Positions 17,486 through 27,867 of a DNA stretch of 64,000 bases are shown here, in pieces. The notes beneath the pieces are model-generated. The model was not told where the DNA came from. It was given only the letters and a program-made list of their open reading frames with translations, and made no database searches. This DNA is from a plasmid. The position numbers were made by a program, and so were the translations under genes. Each line of letters begins with the position of its first letter. The first letter of the stretch is position 1. Location of the stretch: sequence record NZ_KX443406.1; one strand, given 5' to 3'.

Positions 17486-18247
17486 TCAGAGCTGGCCGGG
17501 ACAAACCAGAAGATCGCTGCCTTCCGGTTGTGGAAGAGCATGGGGAGACTCGTCTGACTCACTGCGTGGTCTTCTGGCGATGAACTTGGCTACGGACCCT
17601 TCTACAACGACATTTACTCTCTCAAAGAAGGCCTCAAGGACGTCGACCAGACCATCCTTATCGTCCTTACTATTGTGAAAGCCACCCAATCGGCTGTTAA
17701 AGACGCCACGCAGGGTTCGTCCAAGGAGGTTGTGACGAACGCCGACTCCAAGGATGGTTGCTCCAAAGAACACCCCATTCTCTTTGAGAGCGTCGGAGAT
17801 GTAGCGGATTGCGAGGCTCTTCTCGGACCAGGTTCCGGGAATGCGGTGGAAAACAAGATTGGCTGCGATCGAATCAAAACAGCCCACCGACGGCGCGATG
17901 GGCGCCATCACGCTGCTGATATAGACCCGTGTAAGTAGACCCTGATCGGTTAGGCGCTTTTTGGCCGCAATTGTCTCCCGCGTCTTGGGGCCTAGTATGT
18001 ATGTTTCTGCCATGGTCGTCGGGGGATTCGCTTGTTCCAGAAACCAAGCTGACCGCGCGCCGACTTCGAGGTGACGAGTGCCAATGTTGTCGTCGTAGTA
18101 CTGAAGAAGACTAGCAGTGGGACACTTCCAAACTAGCGAGTTGCTCCACGCTGAAACACGGCTGTTGTACTTTGCAAGCATGTGCTGTCCGTAATTCAAG
18201 GCGCCGTCGGGCTCGGCGCAGATGGGGTCGTTATCTCTCATGCTCAT
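17486..18247 (-). CDS. Putative class-I SAM-dependent methyltransferase-like protein
   Basis: Weak motif-I-like HLEVGARSAWF; assignment tentative. Confidence 0.35.
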   Translation of the reverse strand: MSMRDNDPICAEPDGALNYGQHMLAKYNSRVSAWSNSLVWKCPTASLLQYYDDNIGTRHLEVGARSAWFLEQANPPTTMAETYILGPKTRETIAAKKRLTDQGLLTRVYISSVMAPIAPSVGCFDSIAANLVFHRIPGTWSEKSLAIRYISDALKENGVFFGATILGVGVRHNLLGRTLRGVFNSRLGGFHNSKDDKDGLVDVLEAFFERVNVVVEGSVAKFIARRPRSESDESPHALPQPEGSDLLVCPGQL

Positions 18248-18493
18248 CAGTAGTTAGTGCTCCTCTCCTGCTTCTGCGCAAAAGAGCGCAGAAGAACTAG
18301 GAGGCGACTGGTCTGGCGGCGGGGGGCGAGGAGGAGCCGGGGATGAACGCTTGCGTGCGAAATCCTGGTGCCTGGCAACGAGGTGCGCCCTAGGCTTCAG
18401 AGCTTTGGAATGTAACTGTCTTGATTGTTAGCATAGGTTGGTGTCGCGGTCAAGAGATTGCCTATCGCCGCTTCGTTCGAGATGCTTCCGTAG

Positions 18494-19381
18494 GTGAATG
18501 TTGACGAACTCCGCTGGTTTGTGGCGTTAGCGGAATCGGGGCACATGCGCGATGCGGCTGACGACCTACACATATCTCAACCGACCCTCTCGCGGGCGCT
18601 TGCTCGGATCGAACGTCAGGTTGGCGTACCCCTCTTCGACCGGGTGAACCACCGCCTGCAGCTCAACGACTACGGCCGTATCATGCTTGAGCATACTCGT
18701 CGGAGTCTGACTGAACTTCACTCAGCCAGTGAGCGGATTGCTGCGCTCCGTAACCCTGAGTCTGGCACTGTTCGGCTAGGCTTTCTTCACTCCCTTGCGA
18801 GTTGGTTTGTGCCCGAGATCATCCGGGTGTTCCGCGAGAGCGCGCCGCAGGTGAACTTCGCACTGGATCAGGCCCCGAGCGGGGACATCGAAGCCATGCT
18901 GGCTCGGGGGGAGATTGATGTCGCAGTGATTGGGCCACGACCCGCCGCAGACGAGTTCGACTGGTATGAGCTGTATGTAGAACGCCTTTGCCTTGCTGTT
19001 CCTGAATCTCACCCACTAGCGGGGCACGCGACTATCCGCGTAGCAGACGCCCTAGATGATGCATTCGTTATGCTACGAAAGCCCTTTGGGCTTCGCAGGT
19101 TGACCGATGAGCTGTTCGCGGCTGCTGGCGTCGTGCCCCGCATCGTCTTCGAGACGATTGAGATCCCCACCATCGAGGGCCTGGTGGCTGCGGGTTTCGG
19201 TGTCGCTGTGGTTCCTTCGCCCCGCCCCACTAAAGAAACCGAGGGTGTCAGGTACGTACCCCTGGACGATGTAGGAGCCTTTCGTCCGATTGGCCTGGCC
19301 TGGCCAGTAGGACGAGAACCCTCGCCAGTTGTCGCGCGATTCATCGCTTTCCTAGTAAGCCGCGGGCAAGGGGGCAATTAG
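18494..19381 (+). CDS. LysR-family transcriptional regulator
   Basis: N-terminal HTH LRWFVALAESGHMRDAADDLHISQPTLSRALARIE plus a substrate-binding domain. Confidence 0.8.
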   Translation: MNVDELRWFVALAESGHMRDAADDLHISQPTLSRALARIERQVGVPLFDRVNHRLQLNDYGRIMLEHTRRSLTELHSASERIAALRNPESGTVRLGFLHSLASWFVPEIIRVFRESAPQVNFALDQAPSGDIEAMLARGEIDVAVIGPRPAADEFDWYELYVERLCLAVPESHPLAGHATIRVADALDDAFVMLRKPFGLRRLTDELFAAAGVVPRIVFETIEIPTIEGLVAAGFGVAVVPSPRPTKETEGVRYVPLDDVGAFRPIGLAWPVGREPSPVVARFIAFLVSRGQGGN

Positions 19382-19522
19382 ACGTGCCGACCAAGGGTGT
19401 GACGACCACTACGGGCCCTCGCTCAGGAGTGGAACGCAAACAGGCTTGATGCGATCTGCGCATCACGGGGGCTGTGAAGCGAATTGGACACTAGGCCCTA
19501 ATCCCTCCTAGCGTCGGACACC

Positions 19523-20824
19523 GTGGATGATCGGTCGAAAAATCAAGCGCGCCGGGAGCATTCGCTGAACGCAGACACGCGATCTGTGATGAGGCGCACG
19601 TCTGCGGCGCTCTTCCTGGTCGGAGTTGCGACCTTCGCTCCGCTCAATGCACCACAGCCAATACTGTGCCTGATTGGGCAGGACTTAGGTATTAACCCGG
19701 CGAGGGCGGCGCTTGTCACCACTGCATCGACCGCGGGACTCGCTGTAGGCGTATTGCCCTGGATCTACACATCCGACCGGGTGGACCGCTACTGGGCGCT
19801 TATCTCGTCTGCGACGTTATCTGCTGCGACGGGCATGGTTGTTCGCGCGCTTCCCACGTTCGAGGCCATCTTGGTGGGACGAGTTGCAGAGGGGATGATG
19901 CTCGCAGGCGTACCCGTAACGGCTATCACTTACGCCAGTGAACGGTTACCGGGGAAGTGTACGGCTAAGCCTGCAGGGTTCTTCGTCGGGGGCGCAACCG
20001 TCGGAGGGCTGGCGGGACGTCTCATCTCCAGTACAACCGCTGACCTATCTGGCTGGCGCGCAGGCCTATTCGCATCATCAGCCTTCTCGACCGCTGTGGT
20101 TATTCTGTTCCTTTTCGTCGCACCCCGTAGGGCGTACGGAACGCATCCCCCGCGCGCGAGCGATCGGGGGAGGTGGAAGCCTCTCGCAACGCCACGGCAG
20201 GCGGCAATGTATGCGCAGGGGTTTTTACTTACGGGAGCGTTCTTTGCGTTATATAATTATATCGGATTCAGGTTGGGCCGTGACCCATTCAATCTGTCCC
20301 AGCAGCAGATCGGACTGACATATGGTGCCTATCTGGCAGGAACATGCGCGGCCCTGGCTGCCGGTTCCATTGTGGGTGTCGTCGGTCGTCGTCCAGTACT
20401 GCTAGTCGGGACAGGAGCGATATTTCTAGGCGGGGCGGCGACGCTCGCTAGCAGCCTATGGATTTTCGTCTGCGGCTTAGCGCTCGCAACCGCCGGTTTC
20501 TTCGGTGCACATTCAGTTGTAGCGGGATGGGTCGGATCTGAAGTGTCCGCTGGCACACGGGCGTCATCTCTTTACACGCTTGCGTACTATGGGGGCGCGA
20601 GCCTATTCGGCTGGCTCGGCGGGGAGGCGTACCAATCCTATAGTTGGCCGGGCCTCGTGGGTGGCATCATGCTCCTAACAATCATCGCAGCAATACTTTC
20701 CCTCATCCTGCTGCCAGGAGGGGGGCAGCAAGCGGACATTGTCCGAAAGCCGGAGAGGACCCTTGACGCCGGCACATCGGCTCCACGGGAGGAGAGAGGC
20801 GAGAATAAATCTATGACGAACTGA
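19523..20824 (+). CDS. MFS transporter
   Basis: 12-TM profile and MFS loop motifs; the true start may be the internal Met near 19583. Confidence 0.75.
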   Translation: MDDRSKNQARREHSLNADTRSVMRRTSAALFLVGVATFAPLNAPQPILCLIGQDLGINPARAALVTTASTAGLAVGVLPWIYTSDRVDRYWALISSATLSAATGMVVRALPTFEAILVGRVAEGMMLAGVPVTAITYASERLPGKCTAKPAGFFVGGATVGGLAGRLISSTTADLSGWRAGLFASSAFSTAVVILFLFVAPRRAYGTHPPRASDRGRWKPLATPRQAAMYAQGFLLTGAFFALYNYIGFRLGRDPFNLSQQQIGLTYGAYLAGTCAALAAGSIVGVVGRRPVLLVGTGAIFLGGAATLASSLWIFVCGLALATAGFFGAHSVVAGWVGSEVSAGTRASSLYTLAYYGGASLFGWLGGEAYQSYSWPGLVGGIMLLTIIAAILSLILLPGGGQQADIVRKPERTLDAGTSAPREERGENKSMTN

Positions 20825-20884
20825 CAAACATGACGAACTGACAAACGTGTTGTGCGGATCGAATAAGCCGAGCCGACGAGAGGA

Positions 20885-21442
20885 ATGCAAATGAATCTGG
20901 CGCACGTAACTCGAAAGTTCCTGGTAAGTACAGCTGTTCCTGTCACCCTCGTAATAGCCTTCGCTGCCCCATTCCAGTTTTCCGCACCGCTCGCGAGCGC
21001 GGCCACAAGCGATCTGTCTATTCGGCGCGACGGCTCGGCACATTATAGCGACAGTACGCTATCTTTGCGTGCTTCTTCTGATTCTCCTGAGCCCACGACT
21101 CATGGTGCGCAGCAGCAGTGGGCAGTGCACGGCGTGTTGGCGAGCGCGCTCGTGTACCAACTGCTCACGCTCACGGTTGATGGAGGCGAGCAATTTCAGG
21201 GCTATGCCGGCGGTGTTTCCTTTCCAGGTGGAGCAGCGGTCTGGGGCACGCTTTTCACAGACGACATACAGCGGTTATACGACCAGACCGCATCGTTCCA
21301 GTTCAACGCGGTCGGGCCATATCTCAACGTCAACTTCTTCGACCGCCACGGCACATTACTCGGCCACGCACAATTAGGCGGAGTGAGCTCGGTAATCGGT
21401 ATTGGAGGGGGCTCGGGGACTTGGACCGGCGACGTCGCGTAG
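20885..21442 (+). CDS. Secreted paralogue P1 (signal peptide + conserved C-terminal domain family)
   Basis: Signal peptide ...PLASAATS; C-terminal blocks VYQ..TV, GG.S.PG, WGTLFT, RLYD.T.SFQFNAVGPYLNVNFFD, LLGH and GIGGGSGTW shared with five other ORFs. Confidence 0.6.
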   Translation: MQMNLAHVTRKFLVSTAVPVTLVIAFAAPFQFSAPLASAATSDLSIRRDGSAHYSDSTLSLRASSDSPEPTTHGAQQQWAVHGVLASALVYQLLTLTVDGGEQFQGYAGGVSFPGGAAVWGTLFTDDIQRLYDQTASFQFNAVGPYLNVNFFDRHGTLLGHAQLGGVSSVIGIGGGSGTWTGDVA

Positions 21443-21619
21443 TCCAAAAAATCAACTCAGAACGTTCGGACAGTAAACGATTCAGTGAGGTTTAGCGTGC
21501 ACTCCCTGAAAACTATCGGACTTCCTCTGGACCTGCTTTCGAATCCCAATCAAATCCAACATAGCCCAGCCTTCCCTCCAGAACACCGTGTCGAGCTGAC
21601 GCTAGTGGGAATAATCGAC

Positions 21620-21925
21620 TCAAGGCGACGCAAGACGACTCAGGTGATACCGATCTCTGACGAATTGCGCATAAATCCAGCCCACCCCGGTGCGCCTGCC
21701 GTAGCACTTGAAGTCGGGGCAGTTCTCGGCGATTGCTTTGTGTTTCTCGTCCCAGTCGTGTGGGACTCGGCCGAAAATCAGTGGAAGAAGGTTGCAGATC
21801 ACGTCGTCGCAGGCGGGAAGTTCGCGGCAGGGGGGCCGAAGTTTGAAGACCTCGTAGAAGAGCTTACGGGCTCCTGCTTTTACGGCGCGGTTGCCGTCCA
21901 CGACAGAATTTCCCCCTTTGCGCAT
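21620..21925 (-). CDS. Hypothetical Cys-rich small protein
   Basis: Third-position GC bias favours the minus frame over the overlapping plus ORF. Confidence 0.25.
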   Translation of the reverse strand: MRKGGNSVVDGNRAVKAGARKLFYEVFKLRPPCRELPACDDVICNLLPLIFGRVPHDWDEKHKAIAENCPDFKCYGRRTGVGWIYAQFVRDRYHLSRLASP

Positions 21926-22003
21926 GAAGCGCCGGGACTATTCAGGAAATAGAAATGTCAGTATTGCTTGAACTGGGCAGGGTGTAAGTTAGGTGGGTTT
22001 AGC

Positions 22004-22762
22004 ATGGAGTCAATTCGCGGTGTTTCTGTCCTTCTAGCCGACCATGATCCAGCGCTACGAACCGCGACTCGACGCGCCTTTGAACAACTAGGAATAGTCG
22101 TTAATGAGGCTGGAAATGGTGATGAAGTGCTCAGCTTGGCGCGTGTTCGAAAATTTGACCTGATCGTTCTGGATGTCGATCTACCGGGGATGAGTGGGGA
22201 TGAAATCTGTCAATATCGTGACGAACAGAGATTCCCCGATATTCCCATTGTATTACTATCGTCCAGGAACGGCGAGCGGGAGCGGATTGCCGGCCTTGAG
22301 TCGGGCGCTGACGACTATATACTTAAGCCAGTCAACCCGCGTGAGTTAGCATTGCGCATCGGCCGCATACTCGACCGCTTGAGGATTAGGGACGGGGGGG
22401 ATCGAATGCCTCAGCGCCTTCCGCTATCTGACGAGATAATTCAATTATACCCGGCGGCGCGCTGCATCTACGTAAACGGATCGATGGTTACTCTCACTTC
22501 TCGGGAGTTTGACCTACTAGCTTATTTCATGAAAAATCCTTTCGTCATTCACTCGCGCCAGGATCTTCTGGAGCGTGTATGGAAATGGTCATACGGTGAT
22601 CTGTCCACGGTGACCGTGCACGTCAGAAGGTTGCGCAAAAGGCTGGGGCACTACTCCAGAATCGAAACGGTCTGGGGGCGCGGATATCGCTGGATCCCCC
22701 GACCGCCAGTCCAGCATTTCAGTACCTCTGGCGACGAGCGTCTGGCTGGGCCTGGTCGATAA
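22004..22762 (+). CDS. OmpR/PhoB-family response regulator (orphan; atypical DHD acidic pocket)
   Basis: Receiver domain (VLLADHDPALR...LIVLDVDLPGMSGDE...YILKP) plus winged helix (TSREFDLLAYFMKNP...TVHVRRLRKRL); no histidine kinase nearby. Confidence 0.8.
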   Translation: MESIRGVSVLLADHDPALRTATRRAFEQLGIVVNEAGNGDEVLSLARVRKFDLIVLDVDLPGMSGDEICQYRDEQRFPDIPIVLLSSRNGERERIAGLESGADDYILKPVNPRELALRIGRILDRLRIRDGGDRMPQRLPLSDEIIQLYPAARCIYVNGSMVTLTSREFDLLAYFMKNPFVIHSRQDLLERVWKWSYGDLSTVTVHVRRLRKRLGHYSRIETVWGRGYRWIPRPPVQHFSTSGDERLAGPGR

Positions 22763-23030
22763 CTGCTTATATTGCGCACCCGGAAACTCCGGGCAGCGAT
22801 CAGGTGGAAGCATTCTTCTTGGCTGAGCCTGTATCCTCCCGCCCTGCTCGCGGAGGGTCGGGAAGGTTGGGCGAGGGAGCATCTGTTTTACTGCGTCTCC
22901 AGGACGTCACAAAACGGTCATAATTTGTCACGATTAGGGGAAGGTTGAAGAGTTAGTATGAATCTGCCCGCGTTGCTCGCTCGAAGCAGCGAGCGCTTTT
23001 ATTAGGGCTCCAAAATACCCCGGAAGGAGA

Positions 23031-23645
23031 ATGGTAATGGGGAACGCGCGCAGGTCCTGGGTGAAGGCCGCCGCGGCGGCGACTCTGACAGCGGCCGCAG
23101 TCATGGTTCCTGCCGGCTTGGCGAACGCTCAACCGCTGGACGTTGGGGGTAGCAGCACGGTCGTAGCGAATGACGCTTTCGGCTCTGTCTCGCTGGGGGG
23201 CCACGGCAGCAGCGATTACGGCAGCAGCAGCGATTACGGCAGCAGCAGCGATTACGACGGTAGCGGCTCAGGGTTCGGAACTGCGCCAGATGTGCGGAGT
23301 CAGGTGGCGGCGTCGCTCGACGAGGAACAGCAGTACGACGTCAAGGGCGATGTCTGGAGCGCGCTGGTTTACCAGCAGTTCCACGTGGAAGGACCGCAGG
23401 GCAAGGTATTTGATGGTCAGGCGGGCGGGTTGACGATCCCAGGCGCAGGAGCGTTCTGGGGGACCCTGTTCACGAGTGACTTGAACCGCCTCTACGCCGA
23501 CACTAGCTCGTTTCAGTACAACGCAGTGGGCCCGTACCTGAACATCAATTTCTTTGATGGGAACGGCGTACTGCTTGGTCACATCCAGGCCGGCGCAGTA
23601 AGCACTGTTACTGGCGTTGGTGGCGGAACCGGCAGCTGGTCATAA
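23031..23645 (+). CDS. Secreted paralogue P2 (contains the (GSSSDY)x3 tandem repeat)
   Basis: Signal peptide ...GLANAQPLD; same conserved C-terminal domain; RBS GGAAGGAGAA. Confidence 0.65.
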   Translation: MVMGNARRSWVKAAAAATLTAAAVMVPAGLANAQPLDVGGSSTVVANDAFGSVSLGGHGSSDYGSSSDYGSSSDYDGSGSGFGTAPDVRSQVAASLDEEQQYDVKGDVWSALVYQQFHVEGPQGKVFDGQAGGLTIPGAGAFWGTLFTSDLNRLYADTSSFQYNAVGPYLNINFFDGNGVLLGHIQAGAVSTVTGVGGGTGSWS

Positions 23646-23695
23646 GCTGTTCGAGGGCGAACATAACGTTCGCGAGACCCGGCAAAAGGTGGGAC

Positions 23696-23740
23696 CAGTT
23701 GTGGTGCGGGGCAGATAGCGGCTGCCCCGCACCACAACTG
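23696..23740 (+). terminator. 19-bp-stem hairpin CAGTTGTGGTGCGGGGCAG-ATAGCGG-CTGCCCCGCACCACAACTG (no T-tract)
   Basis: Perfect inverted repeat; the repeat boundary coincides with its 3' end. Confidence 0.5.
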
Positions 23741-23789
23741 TGGGTCGCGCTGAGTCTGGCTTAGAAATTATAGCTGCTTAACGAGCGAG

Positions 23790-24060
23790 ACTGTTTAAAG
23801 AAAGTGCGTTGGGAATGGGGGACGGCGACTTGCCCGCCTGTTTGCTGCGGGCAAGTCGCCGAGGATGGCGCATTGGCCGCGGGGTTCCTGCACCATCGCA
23901 CGCAACCGACATTCTGCCGTCTGTCAGCTGCTTGGAGTGAGTGACTGCGGGGAAGGGACCGCTCACTCCCGTATTCGAGATTACTGGATACCAAAAGGTG
24001 CCGCGCGGAATTGGAAGCCCGTAATAGACATGTAAGCAAGGGGAGTAACGGATACGATCT
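23790..24060. repeat. Conserved hairpin-rich intergenic element, copy A
   Basis: Homologous to 27868-28140; contains GGCGACTTGCCCGC-N9-GCGGGCAAGTCGCC and GGAGTGAG...CTCACTCC hairpins. Confidence 0.5.
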
Positions 24061-25196
24061 GCCGTGCCGGAGATACGCGCGGTCTCTGTGCGCCAGCTCG
24101 CTAGGGATTGACGCGGCGCCTGGGAAGTCTAGAGATTATAGGGAGGCGAGGGTTCAGATAAGTAACGATGCGAATTCCTAACCTAGTTCGGTGTTTCTTC
24201 GGTACCTCAACCTCGGTTCGGTTCTTGGGGCAGTGCCCTGCCGTAGCTTTATCCCGCTGTGTGGCCGGCATGTTCATTCGCCGAATGCCAGTGCGATAGC
24301 TTAAGATATTCGTAGGGTCGCGCCCTGGTTTCATGTCACAAGGATGATCCGGCAATATGAAGTTACTAAACTCATGTACCTGCACCATCACCGTGTCCAA
24401 TCTGATCGGTATGTGTTGCCGATCAGCGCGAGCGTTTTGGGCGCGTCATCATCTCACACCTGAGGAGCGCGCCAATCTGAGCGCCGGATACACGCCGCCA
24501 GCGGTAATCTCCGCGTCGCTGGGCGGAGGAACACACTTCCTCTAGATCTTATCTGAGAGAGCAACTCTTAGAGTTTCCCGCGGTGCTCGCTGCTGAAAGG
24601 GATTCCGGCCCGGGGTGGTGGCGCCGCGGATGCATGAGGTTCTCAAGGCGGACGAAAATGCCCGGAACGTCAGAAGTTCTGCGATACCTTTCGCCAATTC
24701 GGCTTCGGCTCCGGTGTCGTAGCTTCCGAAGATCGACTGAGAGCCCAGGATGATGACGGGCGACACGTCGGGATCGGCGCCGCCGACCGTTGTCATGGAA
24801 GACCCGCTCCTGTTGAACCAGGTAGCGGGTTATCAGCGGGCTGGGGCAGACGTGCAAGCGGATCGTGGCGAGGATGCGCCGCGCCTTGTCCGCGCTCGAC
24901 CTCGGTACGTGCATGGTCGGTCGGCACCCGGGAGCAGGATGGTGAGAAGATCGACGACGGCCCTGCTCCGGAGTTCTTCGGGCATTCACTCATCCGCTGG
25001 AATCGAAAGACGTCGGCGGTGCCCCTTTGAGCACCGCCGACGTCAGACGCACGCACGCGTTAACGGAAGCGTTACCGGAAGGTCCTATCACCTCCTTCCT
25101 GTCTTTTTACTTTACGCCCCGAGGTGGGTACTTGGGCCCCGAGGCGAGTCTCTATTACCAGAACTATTTCTGGCATGAACTAGCTCATCTGCGCCG

Positions 25197-25844
25197 CTAG
25201 CGCCACCCGCCGGTTCCGCCACCGATTCCGGTGAGTGTGCCGATGGACCCGGACTGCACATGACCAAGGAGAGTGCTATGGCTGTCAAAGAAGTTGATGT
25301 TCATGTACGGGCCTACGGCGTTGTACTGAAAAGAGACGGTGTCGTTATACAGGCGCTGTAAATCTTCGGTGAAGAGCGTCCCTTTAAGTACTGCAACCCC
25401 GGGAACTGAAATCCCGCCAGAATCACCTGTAAAAGTCTTCCCGTCGTCTTCGACGGTCAGTGAAAAGTGCTGGTATACGGCGAGGCTGGTGACAAGACCG
25501 TGGACTGAATAGGTGTACCCTTGTTCTGCGGTTGCCTCAGTAGCGAAAGATAGCTGCCCGTTCGTCTCTGCGGAGCTGTGGTCATTTTCAGAAAGATTCG
25601 AGTCACATGTTTTTGCGACACGATGGACAGTCGAAGTTGCCGCGTTGGATGCCATTGATGTTTCCGCGTTCACGACTCCAGTAGCCCCCAGGATTGATAT
25701 CCCAGCAACTAAGGCGGCTGCAAAAATGGCCCGAACATAGGGGCGATATGAAGACTGGGGGCGCAAAGCCGATGCAATAGTGGCCGTGGCTAGCGTCGGG
25801 CAAAAGCCTTTAAGGGCGTGGTCATTATCTAATGATCCGCGCAT
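25197..25844 (-). CDS. Secreted paralogue P3
   Basis: Start ATG 25844 with a GGAGG RBS on the minus strand; signal peptide ...GVVNAETS; conserved C-terminal domain. Confidence 0.6.
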   Translation of the reverse strand: MRGSLDNDHALKGFCPTLATATIASALRPQSSYRPYVRAIFAAALVAGISILGATGVVNAETSMASNAATSTVHRVAKTCDSNLSENDHSSAETNGQLSFATEATAEQGYTYSVHGLVTSLAVYQHFSLTVEDDGKTFTGDSGGISVPGVAVLKGTLFTEDLQRLYNDTVSFQYNAVGPYMNINFFDSHSTLLGHVQSGSIGTLTGIGGGTGGWR

Positions 25845-26350
25845 GATAACAGCCTCCGAGAGGGGGTGGCGCCAATTTGTTTGAAATGGCAGGGCTTGCA
25901 TTCCGTTGCGGTGAAGGTGGTGGGTGTTCTATGAGCATCCTCCGTAGATCATCACGACAAGGTGAGGCGCTCCCTGAGCTATTCGACGGGAGCAGCGATT
26001 CATAAGGCCCTTCCTTACTCTGTGTACTGGCAGGCGTCGGGCCGAGTCGCCGCGCTTACGCGCCTTAAATCCGATATCTCACAATAGTCCATGAGAAGGC
26101 GTGCGCGCGTGAAAAAGTCTTACGGAAGGATGACCTAGTAGAAGGCCTCCACTGGTAACTCCCGGCAGCCATCGGGGGTGTGAACACTTGTATGAGTGCG
26201 ATCTGTTTTACTGCGTCTCCAGGACGTCACAAAACGGTCATAATTTGTCACGATTAGGGGAAGGTTGAAGAGTTAGTATGAATCTGCCCGCGTTGCTCGC
26301 TCGAAGCAGCGAGCGCTTTTATTAGGGCTCCAAAATACCCCGGAAGGAGA

Positions 26351-26965
26351 ATGGTAATGGGGAACGCGCGCAGGTCCTGGGTGAAGGCCGCCGCGGCGGC
26401 GACTCTGACAGCGGCCGCAGTCATGGTTCCTGCCGGCTTGGCGAACGCTCAACCGCTGGACGTTGGGGGTAGCAGCACGGTCGTAGCGAATGACGCTTTC
26501 GGCTCTGTCTCGCTGGGGGGCCACGGCAGCAGCGATTACGGCAGCAGCAGCGATTACGGCAGCAGCAGCGATTACGACGGTAGCGGCTCAGGGTTCGGAA
26601 CTGCGCCAGATGTGCGGAGTCAGGTGGCGGCGTCGCTCGACGAGGAACAGCAGTACGACGTCAAGGGCGATGTCTGGAGCGCGCTGGTTTACCAGCAGTT
26701 CCACGTGGAAGGACCGCAGGGCAAGGTATTTGATGGTCAGGCGGGCGGGTTGACGATCCCAGGCGCAGGAGCGTTCTGGGGGACCCTGTTCACGAGTGAC
26801 TTGAACCGCCTCTACGCCGACACTAGCTCGTTTCAGTACAACGCAGTGGGCCCGTACCTGAACATCAATTTCTTTGATGGGAACGGCGTACTGCTTGGTC
26901 ACATCCAGGCCGGCGCAGTAAGCACTGTTACTGGCGTTGGTGGCGGAACCGGCAGCTGGTCATAA
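26351..26965 (+). CDS. Secreted paralogue P2' (identical duplicate of P2)
   Basis: 100% identical protein inside repeat copy 2. Confidence 0.65.
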   Translation: MVMGNARRSWVKAAAAATLTAAAVMVPAGLANAQPLDVGGSSTVVANDAFGSVSLGGHGSSDYGSSSDYGSSSDYDGSGSGFGTAPDVRSQVAASLDEEQQYDVKGDVWSALVYQQFHVEGPQGKVFDGQAGGLTIPGAGAFWGTLFTSDLNRLYADTSSFQYNAVGPYLNINFFDGNGVLLGHIQAGAVSTVTGVGGGTGSWS

Positions 26966-27015
26966 GCTGTTCGAGGGCGAACATAACGTTCGCGAGACCC
27001 GGCAAAAGGTGGGAC

Positions 27016-27060
27016 CAGTTGTGGTGCGGGGCAGATAGCGGCTGCCCCGCACCACAACTG
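27016..27060 (+). terminator. Second copy of the 19-bp-stem hairpin
   Basis: Identical to 23696-23740. Confidence 0.5.
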
Positions 27061-27118
27061 TAGTACGTCACAGGCTCGATTAGCGGGTGAGCGGCTGAAG
27101 CTGCTGAGGGGCATATCT

Positions 27119-27727
27119 ATGCATGCTGCTCAGCGGCTGTCCCATTTTCCACCTCATTTTGTTACATCTGTCTATGAGGAAGGACGGGAAGGGGTGATTC
27201 GTACCGTAGTGGGGCGGGGGGCTTTCGTGTTAGCGTTTTCAATCTTGGCTACAGGTGCTGCTTACGCACATGCTCAAGAGCTCGAGCCCGGGGGATCGTT
27301 CAGTGAAGGTATCTTGCAAAGAAACTTTCCTTTAGAGGGGGAGTTTGCATCTGTGTCGGAACCCGGATCCGGGAATGTCTCAGCTTCGAAAGTGGGCGAA
27401 GAGTCGAATTTCGCGGTGCGTGGCGTGGTCGTCAGTGCACTGTTCTATCAGCACCTGGAGATTACGGTTTCCGGGGGCGAGACTTTTGATGGCGATGGGG
27501 GAGGTTTGTCCGTTCCAGGCGGAGGAGCGCTGTGGGGAACATTGTTCACTCGGGACTTGCAAAGGCTATATGATGAAACCGTCTCTTTTGAATTTAATGC
27601 GGCGGGACTGTTCGTGAACGTCAACTTCTTCGATAAGGATGGTATCTTACTAGGTCACGTGGAGAGCGGCGCAGTGAGCACGGCGGTAGGCATTGGCGGC
27701 GGTACTGGAAGATGGCACATCGTATAG
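27119..27727 (+). CDS. Secreted paralogue P4
   Basis: Alternative GTG start near 27197 with a GGGAAGGGG RBS; signal peptide ...AAYAHAQE; conserved C-terminal domain. Confidence 0.6.
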   Translation: MHAAQRLSHFPPHFVTSVYEEGREGVIRTVVGRGAFVLAFSILATGAAYAHAQELEPGGSFSEGILQRNFPLEGEFASVSEPGSGNVSASKVGEESNFAVRGVVVSALFYQHLEITVSGGETFDGDGGGLSVPGGGALWGTLFTRDLQRLYDETVSFEFNAAGLFVNVNFFDKDGILLGHVESGAVSTAVGIGGGTGRWHIV

Positions 27728-27867
27728 GAAATCTCCGTCGTGATGCCGTCGACGCCGTCGCTGCTATGGCCCATGAGTGTCTTGGGCGTTGGACTGCTTA
27801 CTAGAAAATAATCCCTTCCAAATGCGGCGGATCGGTTTGGAAGGGACCCGATTTTCCGCCGTTTAGA

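Larger units (their letters stand above)
22881..23742 (+). repeat. 862-bp exact repeat, copy 1 (promoter region + paralogue P2 + terminal hairpin)
   Basis: Base-for-base identical to 26201-27062. Confidence 0.9.
26201..27062 (+). repeat. 862-bp exact repeat, copy 2
   Basis: Identical to 22881-23742. Confidence 0.9.

Noticed and set aside
24540-25060. Overlapping minus-strand ORFs with a fragment DVSPVIILGSQSIFGSYDTGAEAELAK
   Set aside because: Frames are broken and no family could be assigned; possibly a decayed gene, not reported as a feature.
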